Shown here in pieces: positions 18,916 through 28,269 of a stretch of DNA of 64,000 bases (its first letter is position 1; each line of letters starts with the position of its first letter). The notes below the pieces were generated by a model. The model saw nothing but the letters and a program-made list of their open reading frames with translations. It searched no databases and was not told the DNA's origin. The stretch covers positions 2,200-66,199 of the forward strand of contig JANMQV010000009.1 of NCBI GenBank assembly GCA_031370645.1, in the 5' to 3' direction. A program made the translations under genes and the position numbers. The stretch comes from Candidatus Eiseniibacteriota bacterium. Lineage in GTDB: Bacteria; Eisenbacteria; RBG-16-71-46; SZUA-252.

Positions 18916-20153
18916 TGGGGGCCGGCCGGAATCCCGACCCGATCGGCGATCTCGCGCGCGATGGCCAACGACGACGTCGCCGCCGGCGACGGGGCGTTCA
19001 TGACGTGGAATTCAGCGCCTTCCGACTTGATGGCGAAGTCCTCGATGAAACTTCCGTCGCGCGCGACGGCCTGCGCCCGAATTCCGGAGGGACCGTCCAG
19101 GAGATCCGACGCCCGCACTTCCGGCACGTAGCGGGCGAGGTCTCGCGCGTAGACTTCCTTCACCCAGTCCCTCCAGAGTTCCGCCACTCCGGCGCGCCAA
19201 TGACGACCCATGATTCGCCAGAGCCCCGGCCAGGAGACGCTGTCCCTCACGTCCGAGAAGGAGAAGGAAGTGCGTCCGTAGCCCTCCCTCGCCAGAGAGA
19301 GCACGGCGTTCGGGCCGGCCCAGACGTCGCCGTCGTACCGCCGCGTGAAATGGACGCCGAGGAACGGGTAGCGGGGGTCGGGCACCGGATAGATCATCGA
19401 GCGGATCAACGAGCGAGCCTCCGGGCGAAGTCGGTAGTAGTCACCGCGGAAGGGAATGATGCGGAGATCGTCGACTCGGCCAGACTGCGACGCGACGCGG
19501 TCGCATTGGAGTCCGGCGCAGGCGATGAGCCGCTTCGCGGTCAGTGATCCGCCGGTCGAGTCGATCCGAACTCCGTCCCCGTCGCGGCGAATGGAGCGAA
19601 CCTCGTGCGACACGAGGATCTCCGCGCCGAGGGCCGTGGCTTCCCGCGCCAGCGCTTCCGCGACGGAAACGTAATCGACGATCCCGGCGCCCGGCACCCA
19701 GATCGCCGCGATGCCGGTCGCATGAGGCTCCCGTTCCCGTAGTGCCGAGGCATCGAGGAGTTCGAGCCCTTCGACACCGTTGGCCCGGCCCCGGGCGAGG
19801 ATCTCCTCGAGACGGGCGCGTTCGGACTCCTCCACGGCGACGATCAGCTTCCCCGTGATCGCGTGCGAAATGCCGTTCACCTCGCAGAATCGGATCATGG
19901 CCGCTCGACCTTCGACGCAGAGGCGGGCCTTGAGGCTTCCGGGCTTGTAATAGATTCCGGTGTGGATGACGCCGCTGTTGTGCCCGGTCTGATGCCGGGC
20001 AATGGCCGGCTCCTTCTCCAACAGCACAACCCGGCTCCCGGGAGCGCGCTGAAGGACTTCTCGGGCGGTGGCGAGGCCGAGGATTCCTCCGCCGACAACG
20101 GCTACATCGAACCGGCCACGGGGAAGCGTCGACTCGGATCGATCTGGAGTCAT
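18912..20153 (-). CDS. lhgO: L-2-hydroxyglutarate oxidase (FAD-dependent)
   Basis: Strong co-linear similarity to E. coli LhgO: FDVAVVGGGILGL, HQTGHNSGVIHTGIYYKPGSLKA, REREP, PFRGDYYRL, PDPRYPFLGVHFTR, GPNAV and NAPSPAATSS. Start taken at the internal Met, 13 codons into the ORF. Confidence 0.8.
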   Translation of the reverse strand: MTPDRSESTLPRGRFDVAVVGGGILGLATAREVLQRAPGSRVVLLEKEPAIARHQTGHNSGVIHTGIYYKPGSLKARLCVEGRAAMIRFCEVNGISHAITGKLIVAVEESERARLEEILARGRANGVEGLELLDASALREREPHATGIAAIWVPGAGIVDYVSVAEALAREATALGAEILVSHEVRSIRRDGDGVRIDSTGGSLTAKRLIACAGLQCDRVASQSGRVDDLRIIPFRGDYYRLRPEARSLIRSMIYPVPDPRYPFLGVHFTRRYDGDVWAGPNAVLSLAREGYGRTSFSFSDVRDSVSWPGLWRIMGRHWRAGVAELWRDWVKEVYARDLARYVPEVRASDLLDGPSGIRAQAVARDGSFIEDFAIKSEGAEFHVMNAPSPAATSSLAIAREIADRVGIPAGPQ

Positions 20154-20326
20154 GGGCCCGCAGGGTACCAGGTAGAGCCGGAAGTAATCCACCGAGGCAT
20201 TCCGAGATACTCCTCCATTCGCGGAACCAGCGCTTCCGCAAGGTGTTGTGCTATAAGTTGAAGGAACTGTCGAGGGTATGAGACCCTTATAGGAAGAATT
20301 CCGATTCCGACCCTGAGGATCCCGAC

Positions 20327-21025
20327 GTGAAGATATTCCGACGCGCGCCGATCGCCTGGACGCTTCAGCTCGTCCTCTGCTTCGGCGCGGCTGCGCATTC
20401 TAGCGCCGCGGGCGCGCCCAACTCGTCGACGACCGCCGGGACCACGCCAGTCGTCGGCGGAAATCCCTCCGGCGGAGACGTGGAGAATCCCATGGGGGGC
20501 GGGAATTACGACTACTTCACGGCGGATCAGGATCCCGGGTTGAGCAAGTACCTCGCGCTCGTCTCGCATCGCCATGTCGGCGAAGTCGTTTGGGCTCGCT
20601 TCTGGTCGGGCAACTACACCGAGCCGCTGGCGGATTGCCGGTATGCCCTCGAACGGTTTCCCAATCACCCCCGCGCCCTTCACCTCGTTGGGGAGATCGC
20701 CAAGATCACGAACCAGGTTTCGCTGGCCATTCCCTACTTTGAATACGCCTTGAGGCTTTACCCGCAGTATGGCTTCACGCACGCTCAATACGGCCACTAT
20801 CTGGTCGACATCGGAGCGTTCACCGCCGGCGTGGTGGAACTCCGCGAAGCGCTTCGCCTCGAACCCAAGCAATTTCAGGCCAAGGCGTGGCTGGCTGAAG
20901 CCCTCGCTGCCCATCCGGAGTTGGGAGAGGAAAAACCGGCACCCGGATCCGCCACCGGCGCTACGGCTCCCAAGACGAGCGGCGGTACTGCTCCCAAGAC
21001 GAGCGGCGCGAAGGGGAGTCGGTAA
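20327..21025 (+). CDS. Secreted TPR-like repeat protein (hypothetical)
   Basis: N-terminal signal peptide (LQLVLCFGAAAHSSAAG), TPR-like helical repeats, and a Pro/Thr/Gly/Lys-rich tail with APKTSGGTAPKTSG repeats. GTG start with a GAGGA RBS. Confidence 0.5.
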   Translation: MKIFRRAPIAWTLQLVLCFGAAAHSSAAGAPNSSTTAGTTPVVGGNPSGGDVENPMGGGNYDYFTADQDPGLSKYLALVSHRHVGEVVWARFWSGNYTEPLADCRYALERFPNHPRALHLVGEIAKITNQVSLAIPYFEYALRLYPQYGFTHAQYGHYLVDIGAFTAGVVELREALRLEPKQFQAKAWLAEALAAHPELGEEKPAPGSATGATAPKTSGGTAPKTSGAKGSR

Positions 21026-21037
21026 CAGCCGTTTCGA

Positions 21038-22156
21038 TCAGGCGGACTTCCGCGACGCACGCCGCGCGGCCGCAACCTCGTAGACCTTCAAGAGCCCCTC
21101 CCGGACCCGCTCCCAGGCAAAACGGCGAACCAACTCGTGGCCCGATAGCACCTGGGCATTTCGACGCGCGTCATCCGTGAGCAGACCGATCGCCTCCCGG
21201 GCCATGGCGTCGTGATCGCGAGGAGCGACGAGTGACGCCGTGACGCCGTCCTTCACCAGATCGGGAATCCCCCCCACATTCGTGCTCACGACCGGAACGC
21301 CGCTTGCGAGCGCCTCCAAGATCGAAATCGGCATGTTATCGACCAGGCTCGGGTTCAGCATGAGGTTGGCTTGCCTGAAGAGTCCCGCCATCTGATCGTT
21401 GTCGAGCCGCCCGGTGAACGTGACCGAGTCCTGGATCCCGAGTTCCCCTGCTAGCAATTCCAACGAGGCACGCTCGGCGCCGGCGCCAGCGATGGAGATC
21501 CGGGCTCCCGGGAACCGTTCGCGAAGGATGCGAAACGCTCGGAGCGCGGTATCGTTTCCGTAAATCGGTTCGAGATGCCGCGCCACGATGATGTGAGGCG
21601 CGCGCGAAGCGGCAGCGCCGTCGTCCGGGATCGAGGCCGGCGCGAATCGGGCGAGGTCGACGATGTTCGGAACCACGACCGCCTCAAACCCGAAATCGCG
21701 AAAGACGCGCTCCAGGAACGGCGAGGGGACCATGATCGCGGAGGCGCGCGCGAGGGTCGGTCGAACCCAAAGGGCCGACTGGCGGAAGAAGTCGGAGGCG
21801 CCGCCGCCCCGGTAATTCACCACGACGGGGAGGCGCCGCCACGACGCGATCCATACGGCGGGAGCGGCTCGCAGGTGCCACGACCAGCCCGAATTCGCCA
21901 TGACGTGCATCACGTCGGCCCGCCCTGCCGCGTTCCATAGATCGCCGAGGTAGGGAAGAAGCCGGAAGAGAGCGCGGACGCCGCGGAGATGGACGGTCCA
22001 CCTCGGACGGTAGGGAGCGTTCACCGCCCGCAGTTCCACGGCCGCTCCTTCCTGGCGAAGGAGCCTCGCGAGTTGGGCGGTCTGGTTCGCCATTCCTCCG
22101 TCGGGAGGAGGAACGGGGCCGACCAGGAGAATGCGCAGCCCGCTGAAGCCGGTCAT
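21038..22156 (-). CDS. GT4 (group 1) glycosyltransferase
   Basis: MTGFSGLRILLVGPVPPPDGG ... EALASGVPVVSTNVGGIPDLV. Real start at the Met overlapping the upstream stop (ATGA). The Arg-rich N-terminal ORF extension is spurious. Confidence 0.8.
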   Translation of the reverse strand: MTGFSGLRILLVGPVPPPDGGMANQTAQLARLLRQEGAAVELRAVNAPYRPRWTVHLRGVRALFRLLPYLGDLWNAAGRADVMHVMANSGWSWHLRAAPAVWIASWRRLPVVVNYRGGGASDFFRQSALWVRPTLARASAIMVPSPFLERVFRDFGFEAVVVPNIVDLARFAPASIPDDGAAASRAPHIIVARHLEPIYGNDTALRAFRILRERFPGARISIAGAGAERASLELLAGELGIQDSVTFTGRLDNDQMAGLFRQANLMLNPSLVDNMPISILEALASGVPVVSTNVGGIPDLVKDGVTASLVAPRDHDAMAREAIGLLTDDARRNAQVLSGHELVRRFAWERVREGLLKVYEVAAARRASRKSA

Positions 22157-23367
22157 CAGGCGCGAGCCGCGTGCGCCATGGCGTAGACCTTCCGGTAGCG
22201 TTCCACGACTGTCGGCCAGGAGCGCTCGCTTTCGACGAAGGCTCTGGCCGCGCGCCGCAACGACGGAAAGGTTTCCGGTGCCCGAATCAGACGAACCACC
22301 GCGTCGGCGAGCGCGCCCGGATCCCCGGCCCGAAAGAGCGTTCCGGTCGATCCGTCGCGAACGAGCTCGCGATGCCCTCCGACGTCGGACGCCACGACCA
22401 ATCGCCCCTGGGCCATGGCCTCGAGCGGCTTCAGCGGCGTCACGAGTTCCGTGAGGCGATTCGGAAGACGTGGATAGACGAAGATATCGATGAGATCGTA
22501 GTAGCGCTCGATCTCCGCGTGGGGAATCCGGCCGACGAAGCGGATCCGATCTCCGTGAAGCGTCGCCGCCGCGAGCGCGCGGAGCCGCGCATCCTCCGGC
22601 CCTCCGCCGGCCAGGATGACGCGAATCGTCGGCACCTGCGCCACGAGGGCAGGCAGCGCCTCGATGAGAATCTCGAGTCCCTCGTAGCGGTAGAACGAGC
22701 CGATGAAGCCGAGCACCGGCCCCCCATCGAGACCGAGCGACTTCGCGAGAGCCGGATCGGCATCGTGCGCGCCCGAGAAGCGTTGGAGGTCGACGGCGTT
22801 CGGAATGACGGTGACCCGGTCGGCCGCGATGCCCCGTGCGACGATGTCGCCCCGGAGCCCTTCGCAGATGGTGGTGACGGCGGAGGCGCGCCGGAGCGCG
22901 TTCGTTTCGAGTGCGCGCGTGACGCGATAGCGCGCGCCCCACTCCTTCGTGGTGCCGTGGTCGACCGCCGCGTCTTCCCAAAAGGCCCGCACTTCATAGA
23001 CGACCGGGATCCGGAGGCGCCGGCCGACGCTCAAGGCGGGAAAGGCATTCAGCACCGGAGAATGGGCGTGAAGGATGTCGGGGCGGGTCTCCCGCGCCAG
23101 CGCGTCGAGTCGCCGCTCCACGTCCCGCATCTGGGCGAGCTCTCGAAGGACCGGAACGTCGAGCGGGCCGCCCGAGCGTGGTTGCGTGCGGTGAAATTGC
23201 AGGTCGTCCACCTGCTCCACCTCGGCTGAGGTCGGTCCCTGCTTGGGGCTCGTGAGGTGGACCGTTTCCCATCCCAGTTTTCGTTGCTCGCGTAGGATGG
23301 CGAGCGTGCGGAAGGTATAGCCGCTGTGGAGCGGCACGGAGTGGTCGAGGACGTGCAGGATTCGCAC
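22156..23367 (-). CDS. GT4 glycosyltransferase, exosortase A system-associated family (TIGR04063-like)
   Basis: Begins (V)RILHVLDHSVPLHSGYTFRTLAILREQRKLGWETVHLTSPKQ, the signature N-terminus of this family. GTG start 3 nt downstream of the asnB stop. Confidence 0.8.
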   Translation of the reverse strand: MRILHVLDHSVPLHSGYTFRTLAILREQRKLGWETVHLTSPKQGPTSAEVEQVDDLQFHRTQPRSGGPLDVPVLRELAQMRDVERRLDALARETRPDILHAHSPVLNAFPALSVGRRLRIPVVYEVRAFWEDAAVDHGTTKEWGARYRVTRALETNALRRASAVTTICEGLRGDIVARGIAADRVTVIPNAVDLQRFSGAHDADPALAKSLGLDGGPVLGFIGSFYRYEGLEILIEALPALVAQVPTIRVILAGGGPEDARLRALAAATLHGDRIRFVGRIPHAEIERYYDLIDIFVYPRLPNRLTELVTPLKPLEAMAQGRLVVASDVGGHRELVRDGSTGTLFRAGDPGALADAVVRLIRAPETFPSLRRAARAFVESERSWPTVVERYRKVYAMAHAARA

Positions 23368-23369
23368 GA

Positions 23370-25295
23370 TCAGACTTGGACGGCGTCGTCGACGCGCGGC
23401 CTGAGGCCGCGGAGGCGCTGGAGGCTCGACTCGAACATCATGAGCGACCAAAGAGGGGCGCTGTGGTCGCGAAATCCCGCCTGGTGTTCGTCGACCATTC
23501 TCTCGATGGTGGCGAAGTTGAAGATTCCGAGTTCGCGCATCGACGGCCCGAGCACCGCCTGGCGGACGCGCTCCCGCAACGGTCCGCGGAACCACGACGT
23601 GAGCGGAACGGCGAAGCCCATCTTCGGCCGATAGAGAATGTCCGAAGGAAGGTAGGGTTCGAGCGCCTTCTTGAAGATGTACTTCCCCTCGCTTCCTCTC
23701 AGTTTCATGGAAGAGGGAAGCTTCGCCATCCATTCGACCAGCGGGTGATCGAGCAGGGGAACGCGGACCTCGAGCGAATGCGCCATGCTGGCCCGGTCGA
23801 CCTTCGTCAGGATGTCGCCGGGGAGGTAGGTCTTGATGTCGAGGTACTGAACCATCGAGAGCGGATCCTCGACCGGGGCGCGACGGGCGTGACGACGCAG
23901 CACCTCCACGGCGTTGTACCCCTGGAGCCCGCGGCGGAACGATTCGCTGAAGAGATCGCGCCGTGCCGCCGTGCCGAAGAGCGACACGCTGTGGAAGTAA
24001 CCGTCGACCGAGTCTCGCGCAATTCCCTGAAACGTCGTCTTCGCGCGCAGGAAGCGCGGCGCCCAGTCCGCTTTGGGGTAAAGGCTCCCCATGAGGCCGA
24101 AGAGCGGCTGGCGAATCGCGCCGGGAAGCAGGCGACGAAGCCGTTCCTCGTAGGCGTGCCAACGGTAGCGGCGGTACCCGGCAAGATTCTCGTCGCCGCC
24201 GTCGCCGGAGAGGGCGACGACGACGCGCTTCCGGGCGAGACCGCAGACGCGATAGGTCGGAATGGCGGAGCTGTCGGCGAACGGCTCGTCGTACATGTCG
24301 GCGAGCCGGGAGACGAGATCGAAACTGTCGGAGCTCACGCGCTCGACCTGGTGGCTCGTCTTGTATCGCGTGGCGACGTCCTGCGCGAAGTCCGATTCGT
24401 CGAAGCCGCGCTCCCCGAAGGCCATCGTGCACGTGTTGACCGGATCGGGCGAGAGCCCCGCCATGAGCGCGACGACGGCGCTCGAGTCCACACCCCCAGA
24501 GAGGAAGGCGCCGAGCGGAACTTCGGCGACGAGACGAATGCGAACCGCCTCACGGAGGCGCTCGATCAACTCCTCGCCGATCTCCTGTTCGGAGCCGCGG
24601 ATCGTGGCCTCGAACGTAACGTCCCAGTACTCGTGCGGCTCGGGAACCGGCTCGCCGTGGCGGATGGTCAGCGTATGCGCGGGAGGGAGCTTTTTCACCT
24701 GCCGCAAGATCGTCCGCGGCTCCGGAACGTATCCGTACGCGAAGTATTCCTCGATGGCGCAGGGATCGAGTTCGGGAGAGACGTCCGGGTAACAGAGGAT
24801 CGTCTTCATCTCGGAGCCGAAGAGAAAGGTCCCGTCGGGGAGGGAAGCGTAGTAGAGCGGCTTGATGCCGAGCCGGTCGCGCGCCAGGAAGAGCGTCCGG
24901 CGGTCCATGTCCCAAAGCGCGAAGGCGAAGAAACCGCGGAAGCGCTCGACGCAGCGTTCTCCCCACTCCTCCCAGGCGTGAACGACGACCTCCGTGTCGC
25001 AGCGCGTCTTGAAGACGTGGCCGAGGGCCGTCAGCTCCTCGATCAATTTCGGGAAGTTGTAGATCTCGCCGTTGTAGACGAGGACGATGCGTCCGTTCTC
25101 GTTGTAGAGCGGCTGACGCCCGCCAGAAAGATCGATGATGGAAAGCCGCCGATGGACGAGGCCGACTCCCGGCTCTTCGTGGAAGCCGAAGGCGTCGGGA
25201 CCGCGGTGATGGATGATTTCGCTCATCCGCTCGAGGAGGGAGTGATCGGGGCTTCGACGACCGCGAGTGTCGATGATGCCGGCAATTCCGCACAT
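23370..25295 (-). CDS. Asparagine synthase (glutamine-hydrolysing)-like amidotransferase, exosortase A system-associated paralog 1
   Basis: MCGIAG N-terminal nucleophile, an SGGVDSS PP-loop, and the AsnB C-terminal domain. The ORF's N-extension upstream of MCGIAG is rejected. Confidence 0.85.
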   Translation of the reverse strand: MCGIAGIIDTRGRRSPDHSLLERMSEIIHHRGPDAFGFHEEPGVGLVHRRLSIIDLSGGRQPLYNENGRIVLVYNGEIYNFPKLIEELTALGHVFKTRCDTEVVVHAWEEWGERCVERFRGFFAFALWDMDRRTLFLARDRLGIKPLYYASLPDGTFLFGSEMKTILCYPDVSPELDPCAIEEYFAYGYVPEPRTILRQVKKLPPAHTLTIRHGEPVPEPHEYWDVTFEATIRGSEQEIGEELIERLREAVRIRLVAEVPLGAFLSGGVDSSAVVALMAGLSPDPVNTCTMAFGERGFDESDFAQDVATRYKTSHQVERVSSDSFDLVSRLADMYDEPFADSSAIPTYRVCGLARKRVVVALSGDGGDENLAGYRRYRWHAYEERLRRLLPGAIRQPLFGLMGSLYPKADWAPRFLRAKTTFQGIARDSVDGYFHSVSLFGTAARRDLFSESFRRGLQGYNAVEVLRRHARRAPVEDPLSMVQYLDIKTYLPGDILTKVDRASMAHSLEVRVPLLDHPLVEWMAKLPSSMKLRGSEGKYIFKKALEPYLPSDILYRPKMGFAVPLTSWFRGPLRERVRQAVLGPSMRELGIFNFATIERMVDEHQAGFRDHSAPLWSLMMFESSLQRLRGLRPRVDDAVQV

Positions 25296-25459
25296 GTCTG
25301 GTTTCGTTCCTCGACACTTGGAAGGGGTGACGCGTCTCGCGAGCACGCGCAAGCGGCCCCGGAATTTACAGTTACCCCGGGCGCCGGGAAACACCTTATT
25401 CTATCGAAAATCTCGCTGCGCATGCTTCGGCATTTTCGACGACACAAGGAGACCCGACG

Positions 25460-26854
25460 TTGGGGCGTGACGCGTACAGCGCGCTCGTAGCTGGAGTCCT
25501 CTTCCCGCTCCACGAGAATCTCAAAGGTCACGACACGAACCGCCGGCTCCGCCAGTTGGAGCGAAGCCAGTGGTGGGCCGCCGCCACGCTGGAGGCGGAT
25601 CAACTCGCGCGGCTCCGCACATTCCTCGGAACCATCGGATCGAACGTCGCCTACTATCGCGACCTCTTTCGCCGCTCGGACTTCCAACCCGCCTCGATCC
25701 GAAGCGCCTCCGACCTGGCGCAATTGCCGATCCTCACGAAGAGCACCATCCGCGCCCATCACGCCGCCTTCCTTCGAGCAGGAGCCCGGGGCCTCACCAC
25801 GTACAGCACCGGTGGATCGACCGGCGAGCCGCTCCAGCTCTTCGTGGGACCGGCGCGAATCACGGCCGACGTCGCCCATCGCCGCCGCGCGATGCGGTGG
25901 TGGGGGGTCGACATCGGCGACCCCGAAATCGTTCTGTGGGGGTCCCCGATCGAGGTGACGAGACAAGACCGCGTACGGGAGTTCCGCGACCGACTCTTCC
26001 GGAGCACGCTCCTCTCCGCGGCGGGCATGACGCCGCGGCGCATGGACGAGTACCTGGACACGGTCGTTCGGGTCAGGCCGGCGCAACTGTTTTCACACGC
26101 CTCGGTCCTCTGCGAACTCGCGGCGCATGCGGAGCGAACCGGGCGAGCCCTCACCGGGCTCGGGACGCGCGTGGTGTTTGTCACGTCGGAGGAGCTCTAC
26201 GACTATCAGCGCGTGCAACTCGAGCGCGTCTTCGGGTGCCCCGTCGCGAACGGGTACGGCGGACGCGATGCCGGCTTCATCGCCCAGGAGTGCCCGAAGG
26301 GCGGGATGCACCTGAGCGTCGAGGACATTGTGGTCGAGATCGTGGACGACCGCGGCGCCCCGGTCCCGCGAGGGAGCTCGGGCGAGATTGTCGTGACGCA
26401 CCTTGCGAGCGACGACTTTCCGTTCGTCCGCTACGCGACGGGGGACATCGGCATTCTCCACGACACCCCCTGCGCCTGCGGACGGGGGCTACCGCTCCTG
26501 CGCGAGCTGCATGGCCGCGCCGACGACTTGTTGCTCGCGACGGACGGGTCGCGAGTCCCCGGGCAGATGGTCGTGCACCTGGTGAAGGGGCTTCCCGAGA
26601 TCGAAGCCTTCAAGCTCATCCAGGAGACTCCCGATCTCGTGAGAATTCTGCTCGTCGCGTCGGCGGAAATCGCGGAGGAGGCGAAGTCGTCGATCGTCGC
26701 CGGCGTCCGCGCCCGTTTGGGCGAGGGAATGCGCGTCGAGTTCGAAAAGGTGGAGACGATCCCGCGAGAAGCGTCGGGGAAGTATCGAACCGTCGTGAGC
26801 CGACTCGGGCTCAGTCCCGCGCTGCAGGCGAAGCGCGCCGCTTCCGGTTCCTGA
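25460..26854 (+). CDS. Phenylacetate-CoA ligase-like adenylate-forming enzyme (CapK / coenzyme F390 synthetase family)
   Basis: TYSTGGSTGEP AMP-binding motif with PaaK-like length and layout. TTG start 8 nt after AAGGAG. Confidence 0.7.
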   Translation: MGRDAYSALVAGVLFPLHENLKGHDTNRRLRQLERSQWWAAATLEADQLARLRTFLGTIGSNVAYYRDLFRRSDFQPASIRSASDLAQLPILTKSTIRAHHAAFLRAGARGLTTYSTGGSTGEPLQLFVGPARITADVAHRRRAMRWWGVDIGDPEIVLWGSPIEVTRQDRVREFRDRLFRSTLLSAAGMTPRRMDEYLDTVVRVRPAQLFSHASVLCELAAHAERTGRALTGLGTRVVFVTSEELYDYQRVQLERVFGCPVANGYGGRDAGFIAQECPKGGMHLSVEDIVVEIVDDRGAPVPRGSSGEIVVTHLASDDFPFVRYATGDIGILHDTPCACGRGLPLLRELHGRADDLLLATDGSRVPGQMVVHLVKGLPEIEAFKLIQETPDLVRILLVASAEIAEEAKSSIVAGVRARLGEGMRVEFEKVETIPREASGKYRTVVSRLGLSPALQAKRAASGS

Positions 26855-28022
26855 TTCGTCGTTCCCGCTCCAGCGCGAGTTCCGAGTAGAGCGCGGCGTA
26901 GGCCCGAATCATTCCGGGCATGGAATGCACCGCCTCCATGCGCGCCCGTCCCGCCGCCCCCATCCGCTCTCGGAGCGCGGCGTCATTTAGCAGTTCCAGG
27001 ATTCGTCTCGCCATCGCCTCTGGTTCGACGGCCGGTACGAGGTAGCCGGTCACGCCGTCTCCGACGAGGTCCGGATTTCCGCCGACCGCCGTCGCCACCA
27101 CGGGCCTGCCCGCCGCCATGGCCTCCAAAATCGTATTCGACATTCCTTCGTAGCGTGACGAGTTGACGTAGACGTCGCACGTCCGAAGGAGCCGCGGGAT
27201 GTCGTGCCTCACGCCGGCGAAACGGACGGCTGCGCCGACGCCGAGCGACTCCGCCTCCCGGTCGAGCCCGCCGCGCGGATTCTCCGGGCTCCCTTGCCCG
27301 ATCAGAAGAAGCCTCGCCCGCGGCTCCGTGCGATGAACGAGGGCGAAGGCGCGAAGCAGGGTCGCGTGGTCCTTGACCGAGCGGAAGCCGCCGGTGTTCA
27401 TGACGACTCGGTCCTCTGGCGTCAGCCCCAGCTCGCCGCGCAACGCTTCCGAACGGTCGTCGCCACCGAAGGCATCCAGGTCGACCCCGTTCGGAATCCA
27501 GCGGACGCGATCCGCGGGGACCTTCCAGTCCCGAACCACTTCCTCCGCGAGGTCCCGTGACACGGCACAGACACGGTCGGCGCCCATCGCCAGGAGGCGG
27601 CTCCCGAGCACGCGCTTCGGATGGCGAAGTGTGTCGTCCTTGCCGTGCTCTCCGTGGATGACGATCGGCACTCCGGCGAGACGGGCGGCGCAGACGGCGT
27701 AGAGGAAGGTCGACCAATTGTGGGAGTGGACGACGTCGATCTCCTGCTCCCGGAAGAGTGCCGCCAGCCGTCCGATCACGCTCCAATTCCGCCCCGACTC
27801 CTTCCGCATCTCGAAGACGGCAACGTCGTGCGAGAGGAGCGCTTTCACGTCCTCGCGCTGATGGCGCATACAAACGATGATCGAGCGAAACCGATCAGGA
27901 TCGAGTCGGTTCACGAGCTTCACCACGCCGTACTCCATGCCGGCGAGCGCCAGCACGTCGACGATATGCGCGATTCGAAGGGGAGACGCCGGAGTAGCGA
28001 CGGGCGTTCGCGGGGCGTGCAT
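26811..28022 (-). CDS. GT4 (group 1) glycosyltransferase
   Basis: LRIAHIVDVLALAGMEYGVVKLVNRL N-terminus, an EGMSNTILEAMAAGRPVVATAVGGNPDLV motif. Convergent 44-nt overlap with the upstream ligase. Confidence 0.75.
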   Translation of the reverse strand: MHAPRTPVATPASPLRIAHIVDVLALAGMEYGVVKLVNRLDPDRFRSIIVCMRHQREDVKALLSHDVAVFEMRKESGRNWSVIGRLAALFREQEIDVVHSHNWSTFLYAVCAARLAGVPIVIHGEHGKDDTLRHPKRVLGSRLLAMGADRVCAVSRDLAEEVVRDWKVPADRVRWIPNGVDLDAFGGDDRSEALRGELGLTPEDRVVMNTGGFRSVKDHATLLRAFALVHRTEPRARLLLIGQGSPENPRGGLDREAESLGVGAAVRFAGVRHDIPRLLRTCDVYVNSSRYEGMSNTILEAMAAGRPVVATAVGGNPDLVGDGVTGYLVPAVEPEAMARRILELLNDAALRERMGAAGRARMEAVHSMPGMIRAYAALYSELALERERRIRNRKRRASPAARD

Positions 28023-28269
28023 GGCTGCAGAGTACCAACCGGCGCTCGTGCCTGTCACCCCGCGCCTCCTTGGGGCGCTTGGATGTCTCGCCGGCGCGTG
28101 AGAGCGGCAACTTTCCCGTGGACTTTCCATCGGTCGGAATCTAGCCTCATCGGCTCATGAAGGATTCGCGCGAGTTCCTTCCGCGTTGCGCTCCGTCACC
28201 GATCCGACAGACTTCCATGGCCTCTCCCACAATCCATCTCGCCTTCGCGGCGCCGATCCCGGAGCAGCC

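Noticed and set aside
20150-20914. 254-aa minus-strand ORF overlapping the TPR gene
   Set aside because: It has no motifs and an unusual composition. The plus-strand ORF has a signal peptide, an RBS and TPR-like repeats.
21038-24432. N-terminal extensions of ORFs 21038-22981 and 22156-24432 (and similarly 59110-60531, 59529-62309)
   Set aside because: The extensions are Arg-rich low-complexity and overlap the neighbouring real genes. Conserved family N-termini (MTGFSGLRILLVGP; VRILHVLDHS; MLALVWHLHQP) begin exactly at stop/start overlaps, giving tidy ATGA/GTGA junctions.
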